From NCBI GenBank assembly GCA_004431415.1, contig QPMI01000039.1:434001-498000 (forward strand): a DNA stretch of 64,000 nt, given 5' to 3'. This document shows positions 49,751 through 60,399 of this stretch, piece by piece. The position numbers were made by a program, and so were the translations under genes. The notes beneath the pieces are model-generated. The model saw only the letters and a list, made by a program, of their open reading frames with translations, was not told the origin of the DNA and searched no databases. Within the stretch, counting starts at the first letter, position 1, and every line of letters begins with the position of its first letter. This stretch comes from Cyanophora paradoxa CCMP329 (lineage: Eukaryota > Plantae > Glaucophyta).

Positions 49751-52146
49751 CTAGCGGACGGTGTTGCCCTCGAGGCGGCAGCCGGCGCAGTCGGGCGCCA
49801 CGTCGATCGCCTTCTCCTCCCCGCAGCCGTGGCGCTCCAGAACGTTCCCCGCGATGGTCCCCTCGCCGCCGTCTCGCACGAGGACGCCCCACTGCTGGTC
49901 GTGGATCCTGGGCAAAGTCGGGCGAGAAGGAGGGAGGGAGGAGGAGAAGGGGGAGGAGCTCGAATCGAAGGCGCACCGGTTGCCCTTGACGGCGGGGTCT
50001 GCACCCAGCTCGATGTGCACGCCCACCTCGGCGTTGCCGTACACGTCGTTGGCCTCGACCGTGCCCCGCCCGCTCTCAAGCACGTGGATGCCGGCCGCCT
50101 TGCCGTCGTGGACCTTGTTGCCCCGCACGACGGGGTCCGCGCCGGTCTGGATCGCGATGCCCGCGCTCCCGTTGCCGTAGACGTCGTTCGCCTCCGCGAC
50201 GCCCTTCGATGACTCGTGGAAGAGAATACCCGCCTGGCCGCAGTCGTGCACCCAATTATCTGGGCAGTGCAGAATCGGTCAAAACATTAAACGTTAACGG
50301 AAGGCCGCGGGCAGATCTAGAGGGCCGGGGGCGCCCACCGCGCAGCGTCGGGGCCGTCCCCTCGTCGCGCACTTCGATGCCGTTGAGGCCGGAGCTGGAG
50401 ACGTCGCAGCCCTCCACGACCGCCCGGCTCCCCCCTGAGATCCACACTGCACAGCTGTTCGGCGCCGTGCACCGGATCGCGATGCCCTTGACGCTGGGCG
50501 CTGCGGGACCCTTGCAGCGAAGCGTGGTGCCCTTCGAGCACTCGAGGACGGCCTCCCGCGGCCCGACGATGTGCACGTCCTTGTCCAGGGTCACCTGCTC
50601 GTCGAACCTGGCCCGCGCAGCCGGCCCGCGGCCGACAATTGCAATTAGTCAAGAAGCTTAGGTTGAAAATATTCGATAGACGTCAACAGCGGTTGAATGT
50701 TTCGAAGCTTGTGGGTGCGCATGCGCACCGGCCGGCGCCGAGAAGGATAATTTGGCCGGGCTTGGCGGATCTCACGGCATGCATTATTGTGGTCCCCGCT
50801 GCAGGTTTGACATAAATGTCGAAGTTTCCAAACAAAGCGGCCTGCAATGCGAGCCGCGGCATATTCGAGTTCAGAGCAAAAATCAAGTACGCCATAAGCT
50901 TCCGACGCGCCTTCTTGTCTGCCTCGTCCGCGCGCTTCCGCTGCGCCGCCATCTCTTGCTCCGCAGCCTCGAGACGGCCCTGATATCGAGCGTGAGAAGG
51001 TATATATATATTCCTTAGTACGCAAGATCTAGACGCGGAATCGCCATGAAGCGGGTAAGTATTTAATTCAGGCTGAATTCAGAACTCACAGCGAGGGCAC
51101 GACGCTCAGCTTCCGTGAGGGCGGCTTGGTGCTCCGCGGTGGCGGCGCGCTCGGAGGCAGCGGCAGCCTGCCGTAGAAAATTCGAACTTGACGCATAAAC
51201 TGAAATATTAAAGAGAGAGGGCGGCGGTCGTCGAACCGCACCGCCTTTGCCGCCTCCTCGGCTGATTCCTCGGCCTGCAAGGCTGGTTATATCGGAGCTA
51301 AAGTGCGAAAATTGTCCCAACTATAAATATATACGATTCAAAATCGCAGCCTCTCAGCCTCTCACCGCCTCCGCCTTTTCCATGGCGGCGACGAGCTTCC
51401 TTTGCGCCGTCGCTTCGCGCTCCGCGGCTTCGAGGCGCTCCTGTGCATGTTTGAATAACTTCAAGTATTTCGGTTTTTTATATAGCCCAGCCCATGGTCT
51501 GATATGAGAGTGGCACCGCCTTGGCTTTTTCCTCGCGATCGGTGGCGATCATGAGCTCTGAAGCTACCGCGTCCTTCACAGCGGTCCGCACGCCCTGACA
51601 CGAGCGAAATAGAAATTGCCCGAATTTCACGAGCGCGGTAGCTATAGATCTAGACCACATGCATCAATATCCGCACCGCCAGCTCCGAAGTCATGGCGTC
51701 CCGCGCAGCGGCCCGCACGCTCTAACCCAGATCATTAGCGGCGAAAAACAAGCGCAAATCGCAGATCATTAGCGGCGAAAAACAAGCGCAAATCGGCCGA
51801 CCTCGCTGATAGTAGCAAGGAATGCGTCGGAATCGTCTGGAAAAGGCGAGCTCGAGGCCTACAAGAAACGTTTTCGAAATGGACCGGATCAGCGCGCGAA
51901 AAGTAAACAGAGGTGCGGCGTGCGGCGCAGCAGCAGGCCTATATCTAGGCGCACCTGGTGCGCAGCTTCCGCTCCGCGATCGATCTCTGCAGCTGGCTCT
52001 GCGGCTGCGTATGTAATTTAATGTTTGCGCGGGTCGACGTCGGAATCAATTTACAGCGCGCGCGTCATCGATATCGATCATGATCAGAGTCGCGAACCGG
52101 GCGAATCATGATCCGCGTCGCGTGCGCGCACGATCTTGAGCACCAT
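49751..52146 (-). CDS. Coiled-coil + right-handed beta-helix (PbH1) protein, paralog 2
   Basis: GNKVHDGKAAGIHVLESGRGTVEANDVYGN repeats, VTLDKDVHIVG, and upstream EAAE-rich exons. Start approximate. Confidence 0.7.
51728..51795. repeat. Perfect 34-bp tandem duplication
   Basis: cagatcattagcggcgaaaaacaagcgcaaatcg x2. Confidence 0.9.
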
Positions 52147-52659
52147 CTTCGAGGTTTGCCGCGCTATCTGGATCGCGTGCCGCAGAGGAGCTATAGCTAG
52201 AGGCACGTTCAAAGCGATCGCGATCGCGATCGGAGGAAATTAACTCGATTGCAAGGGCCCCGGGAGCTCGAGACTCTGAGAGGAGGAGACAGAGATCGAT
52301 ATCTAGCTAGAGGACACCGGGATCTCCGGGAGTAAGCTAAGAGGGAGGAAAGAGAGGGAGGCCCTGAGGAACTTCGGAACTTCGGAAGCTTAAGGGAGTT
52401 ATATATATATAAGAGTATAAGATGGGGGCCGGTGATCGACTGCAGCTGGATCGACTAGCTAGTACTGGGGGGCCCTTGATGCAATGCGTGAGTGCAATAT
52501 CAGGAAAGAGAGGGCCGAATTCGAAGGAGGGAGCGTAAGAGGATCATGCTGCTATACTGGATCATATCGAAATCGACATCTGTCACAGTGTTATGACATA
52601 TCAGGGAAGGCCTCCTCTCAGAGTCAAGCGAACAGTGTTCTCCTCCTAGGCCTGGCCAA

Positions 52660-52828
52660 GGCGGCAGCCGGTGCAGTCGGCCCGGCGGTCACCGGGTGCT
52701 TCCCAGACGGCCTTCGCCTTCCCGCAGCCGAGCACTGTCGCAGTGCGGCAGCTCCAGCACGTTCCCCGCCCGCGCGCGGTGCCCTTGCCGTCCTTCGCAC
52801 GAGGATACCCCACTGCTCGCATTGGATC
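52660..52828 (-). pseudogene. Degenerate last-exon fragment of the PbH1 family
   Basis: Aligns by eye to 49775-49905 (ggcggcagccgg.gcagtcgg...cgcacgagga..ccccactgct) with several indels. Confidence 0.6.
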
Positions 52829-53649
52829 GTCGACGTCGGATTGGAAATGGCTTAATCCCAGGAAAAGGCATGTTAGTGGATTATTACTAAGTTAACAGGC
52901 CCTGAGGGGTGATCATGACACCTATGGACAGCTAAGCTTGTAATCAGAAAACAGCGCACACGACGGGCCCGGGGTCCGCGCTGGTCTCCCTGTTTTGACT
53001 GTGAGGCGGGGGCGAGCCTCCGGGCCGGCCGGCGGCGGTGGCGGCGGGCAGGCTGTGATGGGCGGCGGCTGCCGCCGAGCTCGCGCCGCGGCGTCGGCGG
53101 AGCGTCGGCAGAGCTCGAGACAGCAGTGACACCGGGCGTCTGCGCATGCTGCATATGCATGCGCAGCCGGCGCCGTGGCTTGCAATTGGGGATGTCTTAC
53201 AGCCGGCAACTTGGCAACATCGCTCACCTGTCTTCAAATTTATTCGATTCGATGTTATTGTCACACACAACTAATCGATAATATGGCGGCACTACGCGCG
53301 AGCAGCCATGGCCGCGACTGCCACTGCCAAAACGCTCAAAATCGCGCCCACCGTCCCCTGATCGTAAAAATGCAGCGTCAGACCGTAATGACGCCGGCGC
53401 GAGCTCGAGAACTGATTATATTGCTTTGCTTTGATTCTCACCGGAGCCGCAACGAAGGCACTCGACAGCAAAGGCCCTGCGCACGCGCGAGCTCGGATCG
53501 TCAGCACGGGACGACCAGGTGGCGGCACGCATGCGAGCACGCACAGTTCGGGACGACGCCCGCTGGTTGCGACGCCGGAGCGGATATCCAGCGAACGGCC
53601 TGCCCGACCGGGTTGCCCCATATAAGTTCGAATTCGAATTTGAAGTGAT

Positions 53650-56367
53650 CGATGGTTCCCGCATCGCGATCGTGATCCAGTAGGCTATAGCTAGCTAAAG
53701 GAAAATACGCGTGCGCACCCGCTCGAAGACTATGGGGTCGAACTCGCGAGTCGCCGAACCCGACTCGATCCGCAGGTGGTACTGGCAACCGAATCCAAGT
53801 TAGCGCGGCTTTGATTTGGGGGCAGGGGGGTTTTCGAAATAGGCGCTTGTAGAATTTGCGGCACTGCGGCACGGAGAGCGTGTTCCGCACCGTGCTGCCG
53901 GCGATGAACTGCAGCAGGGCGCGCGTACGGCTGGTGCCCTTCGGAAGTGGGGGGATCTCTGCGAGCCAGGTTATTGGTGAGCCGAGCGTCCCTCTTGCGA
54001 TTGCGAGCCGCGGTTTGAAGAGAGGTCGGGGCGCACTGAACCGCAGCGTCTGCGAGTCGGGGATAGACGGCTCGAGGGCGGGGACCCTCTGGTTGCTGTT
54101 GCTCGGATCGACGATGAAGATGTTCACATTCTTGTTCGCCTGCGAGGTGCGAAATAATTATATAAGCATGACCCGATTGCTGGTCATGAGACTCTCGGAA
54201 TTGCGGACCGGCAAATTTGAACCCTTGATGATGACGAAGTCCGTGCTCCCGGTCTGCGCCACGTGCACGCGTACGACGTTTATTTCCCAGTCCCTGTCCC
54301 CGGAAGGGCGGAAATGAAAGCTATGTCGGACTCGCCTCGGCCGGCACTTGAAGCTCCCTCCCAGCCAGCGAGATCCACGTGGCAACCGATCCGTCGGATT
54401 CCTGCTCAAGATCGATTCTTTGTTAGTGTCGAAGGAGCGCTATGAGCTCGCGATCGAGCACCAGCTGCAGATATATTATTTATGTATAATTGCATATAAT
54501 TATAAGGCGCTGCTCCAAAACTCAAAAAGCAATGTATTCGAAAGCCCGAGGCACCTGTACCGGCCGTGTAGAAACCCCGCCGGAATTCGAAATATTGACC
54601 TGTCGATCCCACGCGTACGAGACTGAGCAAATTTGAATATATATATATATATATTAAGATGCTAAGATGTCAGAGGTCATTAAGATGTCATGCATCCGCA
54701 TATGATCACAATTGCAAGTCAGAGTTAACGTTCGGCCGACAGTGACCATAATTGATATATAACTTCCTCGGATTCGAAGCCTTTGCAGAGGCGAGGGCTG
54801 GCCGGGCCATTTCTCACCGTCGTGTTGCTGAAGATAAGCTGGACGATCTCGGGCCGGGGAGGGCTCGCGGTCGGGGACGGGCTGCGAAACACGCGCGCGC
54901 AACAGTCAACGACGGTGGATCCCCGGAAGGCGCCAGCCGGGATGGATGTCCACGGGGGGCGCGCACCTGGGGGTCGGGGTCCGGATGGTTGGGTCCATGC
55001 AAACGCCGCTCACGTTGCGGAAGCCGGCGGTCTCGTTGCAGAAGCAGACCGGCAGCTTGTACAGGGTTGTCCCGTAGAAGCCGCTGTCGCGACTAGATGC
55101 TGTAGACGTCTGATAGGGCCGCACGGCCTCGATCGGCTGATTATGTGTGCAGGGGGCGACGCAGAAAACGTCCGGAGTGTTGGATCCGGAAGCGTTGTAG
55201 TACCCGAGTACGTATCCGAGGCCCGCAGGGCAGAGGCAATCCGGAGGCGCAGCGGGCCATACGCCCATGGACAGCTCCGTCCCCGAAGGACTGATTGCCA
55301 CGCTCTCAGGATTAATTCTCTTTTCGGACCGTAGATATTTTGTATTGAAGATAGGGTACAGCCCATCGCCTAGCATGGATTGCGTCAAGAGTTGTAATAC
55401 AAATTTGATAAACGTTTGATAAACGTAATTAATATAATAAGTAACGCGATCGCGCACCGCTTGAACAAGAGCGCATGCAGAAGTCCTTGTTGGTGTAATT
55501 AGACGTTGGTGGGCCGTTCGTATAGTTGAATATCCGATTCGCGGCCTTGCTCTTCCGACCGGGTGAGTTCTCGAACAGGTATCCATCGGGGAGGCTCGTG
55601 TTGCAGAAGCAGCGTATGAAGTTGGCTTCATCCAAAGGAGCCCACTGGTTGACACTTCCTTGAATATGGTCACCCGGTTCGCAGTTTCCTACCGGGGATG
55701 CAGCCGGCCTGAAATCTGGGTCCGACTCGGGATTCCGGAAGAGGCAGTAGGAATCTCCCTTGTACGTCACAAGTTTCGTGTCCATCCAGTTCGAGAGGCA
55801 GCCGCACCGCGGGGTCGTCGCGCCAGCGGGAAGATACCTTTCGAAACGGCCAGTTGGAGCGAGGCTGTACGTTTTTCCAAGTTCTTGGAAATAAACGTCT
55901 GTGTACACGGAAGACTCGTCGTTGCAGAGGTTCTCTTCGCAGTAGAGCTGGCCACTGACATTGACCAAATAATCGCTGTACCTTGTGACAAGTGAAACTG
56001 AACTTGGCAGGGTGCGGCTGCGACAGAAGCATGCAGGGACACCGTTGCTGATAGGGATGGGCCCAACGCTCGGGCAGACGCTGCTGTTCGAGATGCAGTA
56101 CGACTTTGCTGCAAGCGACCCAATAGATGCAGTGGGTGGTCCTATGTCATGATTATTCCCAGAGTTTGTCATTCTTGGGCTGAATACGACGCCTCCAGCT
56201 GCCGTGCAGTCATTGTTCAAGACGCAGCCCGAGGTGCCCGACGTGTTGCGAGAATCGATCTCAACCGGCAGGTTGGTGCACACGGCGCGCGCCGGCTGGA
56301 GAACGCTGCTGGCGGTCGCGAGAGCCACGAGCGCGACGAGGAGGGCGCTGAAGCCGCGCGCCTCCAT
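53650..56367 (-). CDS. Secreted cysteine-rich protein; 3' end uncertain
   Basis: Signal peptide MEARGFSALLVALVALATAS, repeated CFC/CxC modules, many N-x-S/T sites and a Pro/Thr linker. GT-AG introns join the ORFs in frame. GC content is lower than in neighbouring genes. Confidence 0.65.
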
Positions 56368-56687
56368 GCTATAATACATCGCTGCCGCAGGACTGCGCGG
56401 CGCCGGAAGCTAGTTAGCCCGGCGGCCTGGATCCGGCCCGGGATTACTGCAAGTTAAAACTAGGCTGCAACTACGACTCGTAGTTCTACTACCGGTAGGC
56501 TAGGCTAAAGGTTCTAGCTACTAGTGTCACAGTGTAACGGTAGACGTCGGTAGTATAACCGCCGCCGCCGACGCGTGACGGGGACGGTCGTGCCGGCGGT
56601 GCCGCAGTCTAGATCTGCCGCAGTGCCGCTGTCTGCGGCACTGCGGGCCTGTACAGGCTGTACCGTAGTACTTGTTTACGACTCTAC

Positions 56688-56941
56688 TACCGTAATCCAG
56701 GAAAATATGACGGTCAAATTTATGTCGTTTGAAATCCGGACCCTTCTCTATGAGAAATATGACGCCCCCAAATTATGTCGGCATGAAATTTTCGGGCTTG
56801 TATGGGGCGGTAAATTGGGGGGGTAGCACTAAACACGCCCTACTATGTCGTCCTCAAATTATGTCGTCATGTCAAGTTTTCGGCGACATAATTTGGGGAT
56901 GACATAATAAAATGCAGACCTTAATATTCTGGATTACGGTA
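56688..56941. mobile_element. MITE, TA|CCGTAA family
   Basis: Perfect taccgtaatccag / ctggattacggta ends; reverse homologue of 12486-12754. Confidence 0.9.
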
Positions 56942-57234
56942 GTACGCCTGGCACAGTGGCGCGGGCACTGCGGCAGAGACTGCCGCAGAGTACAAGTCTC
57001 AGAGTCTGCGGCCGGGCAGCTGCAGGCTGCAGCCTGCAGGCTGCAGCGGCAGTGCTGCGGAGCCTGCGGCACTAATTTAACTCAGTAAGTGACTGCGGCA
57101 CTTTGACTGCGGCAGACGCCGGCAGTCACTGAGTGCCGCAGTGAGTGCAGCTTAAGTTAAGCTTGCACTGTTGGCAGTCTGTTGCACAGCCTTGCAGGCA
57201 ATTGCAAAAGTTGCAGCCAAGCTGAGCCAACTAG

Positions 57235-57483
57235 TACCGTAGAGCAGGAAAATAGTGGGCAGGAAAATAGTGGGCCGGAAATTGGGGGAAAGTGGCTTGT
57301 CAGCTAGCTAGATCATCAGCCTAGATGGGGCGGTAAATTTAGGGGGTACTGTATGGGGCAGCTTACTAAGTTAGCAGCAGGGAAATACTGGAGCCCGAAA
57401 TTAGTGGACTGAGTCAAATTTTCGGTCCACTAATTTCGGGCTCCACTAATTTTCTGCGTCCAGTATTTTCCTGCTCTACGGTA
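57235..57483. mobile_element. MITE, TA|CCGTAGAGCAGG family
   Basis: Perfect 20-bp inverted ends taccgtagagcaggaaaata / tattttcctgctctacggta. Confidence 0.9.
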
Positions 57484-58085
57484 ATGGCAAGTTCAAGGTT
57501 GCAGGCAGCAGGCTGCAGCTGCCGCACAGCCTCGGCACAGGCCCGCATGCAGTGGCGGCAGTGCCCCGCAGTGAGTCCAGTGACACAGTACACTGACTCA
57601 GTCTCGGTCCTCTCGGAGTCTCGGACTCCGGGACTCCCGGCCCGAGTCCCGGGACTCCGGGAGTGCCGCAGTGCAGCGCTAGCCTGTGCAGGGCCACTGC
57701 AGGCTCTGCCGCAGTGCTGCATGTGCACTGTGCACTGTGCAGTGTGCACTGTGCAGGCCCTGAGGCTGACAGTCACTGAGTGGCAGTGAGTGCAGCTCGC
57801 GCGGCGTGGAGTCGTGGTCCGACGGTCGCGCCGCGCCGCGCCGCGCGCGGCGGCCGCGGCCCGGCGCCGGATCGAACCGGCCGTTACCGGCGGCGCCGGG
57901 GCCGGCGCCGGCGGGCGGGCGTGCCGCGTGGCGCCGGCGGCGCGTGCCACGCCGCAGCCACGGCCCCGGGCGGGCCGCTGCCACTGCCTGCCAGTGCCTG
58001 GCAGTGTGCCTGCCAGGCCCGCTGGCCATGCCATGATGGCCGGCGTTGGCCGCCCGCTGCATTATGCATCAGCGTGCATAAAAAA

Positions 58086-58333
58086 CAGAATATTAAGGTC
58101 TGCACTTTATTACGTCGATCGTCCCCAAATTATGTCGCCGAAAACTTGACATGACGACATAATTTGGGGACGACATAGTAGGGCGTGTTTAGTGCTACCC
58201 CCCAAATTTACCGCCCCATACAAGCCCGAAAATTTCGTGCCGACATAATTTGGGGATGTCATATTTCGCATAGAGAAGGGTCGGTTTTTATAACGACATA
58301 AATTTGACCGTCATATTATTGTGTTTTACGGTA
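58086..58333. mobile_element. MITE, TA|CCGTAA family, left TIR lost
   Basis: Collinear with 12495-12754; ends gtgttttacggta. Confidence 0.85.
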
Positions 58334-58390
58334 TGCATGGCGCCGGCCGGGCCGCGGCCCGCGGGCCGCGGTCCGCGGCGCTCCCGGAGT

Positions 58391-59008
58391 TAGGCCTGCG
58401 GCTTGCCGTCAAGCGCTTGAGCCAAAGCTCAAGCCGGGCTGGGCGGTCAAGCGCTTGACCGGCTTTTGGCCGGCTCAAGCCGGCTCAAGCCCTGGCCCCG
58501 GGGGGGGGGCAGGGGAGGGGGGGATCGGCGCGCGGGGGTACTTCGACGCAGCTGCAGCGAATTCGAAGCCGGCGCCGCGCGGCACGCGCGCGCGCGTGCC
58601 TGCGATCGATGGCATCGCGCGCAAACGTTAACGTCGGACCGGATGTAGATCTAGAAGTCTGATCATGAAGAGCGTGCAGGTATCATCGATATCGCGCCGG
58701 CGCCGACGGCCGGCGTCGCGAGCTCCAAGCTTGCCGAGTCGATATATTATCAGCTCATGATCAGTGTTTAGATGTGTTTCTTTCGAATTCAAAACAAAAT
58801 AAGCTCTAGCTAGGGGCTTGCGGCGCTGAGGGCTTGCGGAAGTGTACCCCCCCTTCGGCTTGCCTCAAGCCGGGCCAAGCGCTTGACCCGGCCAAGTGGC
58901 CAAGCGCGCTTGTCCGGGCCGGCCGGCCGGCTTAGCTTGGCTTGGCCGCGAGCGCCCTGGGCTTGGCTTGACTTGAGCCGACTTTCTGGCGGTCAAGCCG
59001 CACCCCTA
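58391..59008 (-). mobile_element. Non-autonomous hAT-type element with 8-bp target-site duplication
   Basis: taggcctgcggcttg ... caagccgcacccta. TSD CCCGGAGT at 58383-58390 and 59009-59016. Homologous to 13107-13410. Confidence 0.9.
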
Positions 59009-59339
59009 CCCGGAGTCCGCGCACGCGGGCCGGGGCCCCATCATCATGGCATCATGGCATGCAGCCATGATGCAGGCGGCGGTAACGTACGAACTTCGAA
59101 TTCGGAATTTTTGCCAGCGTTTATACTAGTAATTTCGACAATGTAATGTACTAGTATACGTATATATAGCAATTCGCCGACTCGGCGAATTAATATTAAA
59201 CCTTTGTTTCGAATGAGGGGTACAGTACCAGGCCCGTCTATGGCGAAGTTAAAATTGTTAAATTGACTCGCGGCGCGGCGTCTCGAGCTCGCGCCGCGCG
59301 CGAGTCGCGCGCCGGCGCCATCATGATCATGTCAATTCG

Positions 59340-59689
59340 CTGCGTCCCCGTGCTAGCTATATAGCGCTCCTCGTCGTTCTAGCTGCATATAGTGTGACTA
59401 GTACTTCTGCGTCGACGTCGAGTACGTCCTTGAGCTCTTCTAGCTCCTTTATATTAGCTTCTCCTCGTACTCGTTCTCCTTATCTTTTGCGTTCTTCTAG
59501 ATCTGATCGTGTCCCTTCTAGATCTCGTGATCCCTCTTGATTCTGTATTTTGTGCTACCGTAGTACTTTACTGTATCTTTGATTTGTGATTGCTTTGTTG
59601 TCCTTAATATCACTACCTACGGGGGGCCCGGGTTCGCCCCACCGTATACGTATCAGTATATCATAGTATACGTAGTCTCTCAAAAAAAA
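59340..59689 (+). mobile_element. Short 5'-truncated copy of the poly(A) retroelement, riddled with palindromic micro-insertions
   Basis: Collinear with 22671-22928, including the A-tail. Confidence 0.9.
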
Positions 59690-60399
59690 CATATATAGCT
59701 ATAGTCGATCTGTATAATGTAACTTATAATGTAAGTTTAAGAGTCAATTAAAGACTGTAATTATATAACTCGTTCCATACAATCTACCGTAGTACCCCCC
59801 AACATCCGCCCCTTACAAGCCCAAATTGTTTAGTCTGTTAATTTGGGACTCTGTTATTTCGCCTAAGATTTTATACCCTGTTAATTAACGTTAACGGGCT
59901 GTTAAAATACGTGCGCTTGACGCGGCACTGACGCCGTGACGGCGGCTCTCACGACTCTCGACTCTCGAGCCCTTGAACCAAGCGACGAGCGCTCTCTCGA
60001 GCCCTTGAAGCAAGAACTCGAGCTGGGTTTTTTCGCCTTCAAGTTCGGTTCAACAGTGTGTTACAGTGAATGTTTTTAACTTGTACAATTGTATACGTAC
60101 GCCACGGTACGCGTAGCGGTAATGAAAAACCTCTGTTTTCTAATTGGCCAACATTGGCAGTCTCTCAAAAGCCTGGCGCTAGCTATATAGCGGGGAGGGG
60201 GGGGGGAGGAGGAGGAGGGGGGCGGGCGAAGTTTAAGCCCCCCCTCCGGGGATCCCCCCCCTGCTTGATAGCGCCCACGTGCACGCACGTGCACTGCGGT
60301 GCGAGCGCCGCGAGCTTGAGGGCCGGACATGTACAGGGCTAGCGGAGCCTCGGATCCGGAGGGCCTTCCAGGCCAAATGCAAATGGCAGCTTCGAGGCT

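Noticed and set aside
54155-54160. Apparent in-frame TAA inside the palindrome TAATTA in the secreted Cys-rich gene
   Set aside because: It falls inside a plausible intron (gtccgc...ctcgcag, about 69 nt) whose removal keeps the frame, so it is not counted as an inactivating insert.
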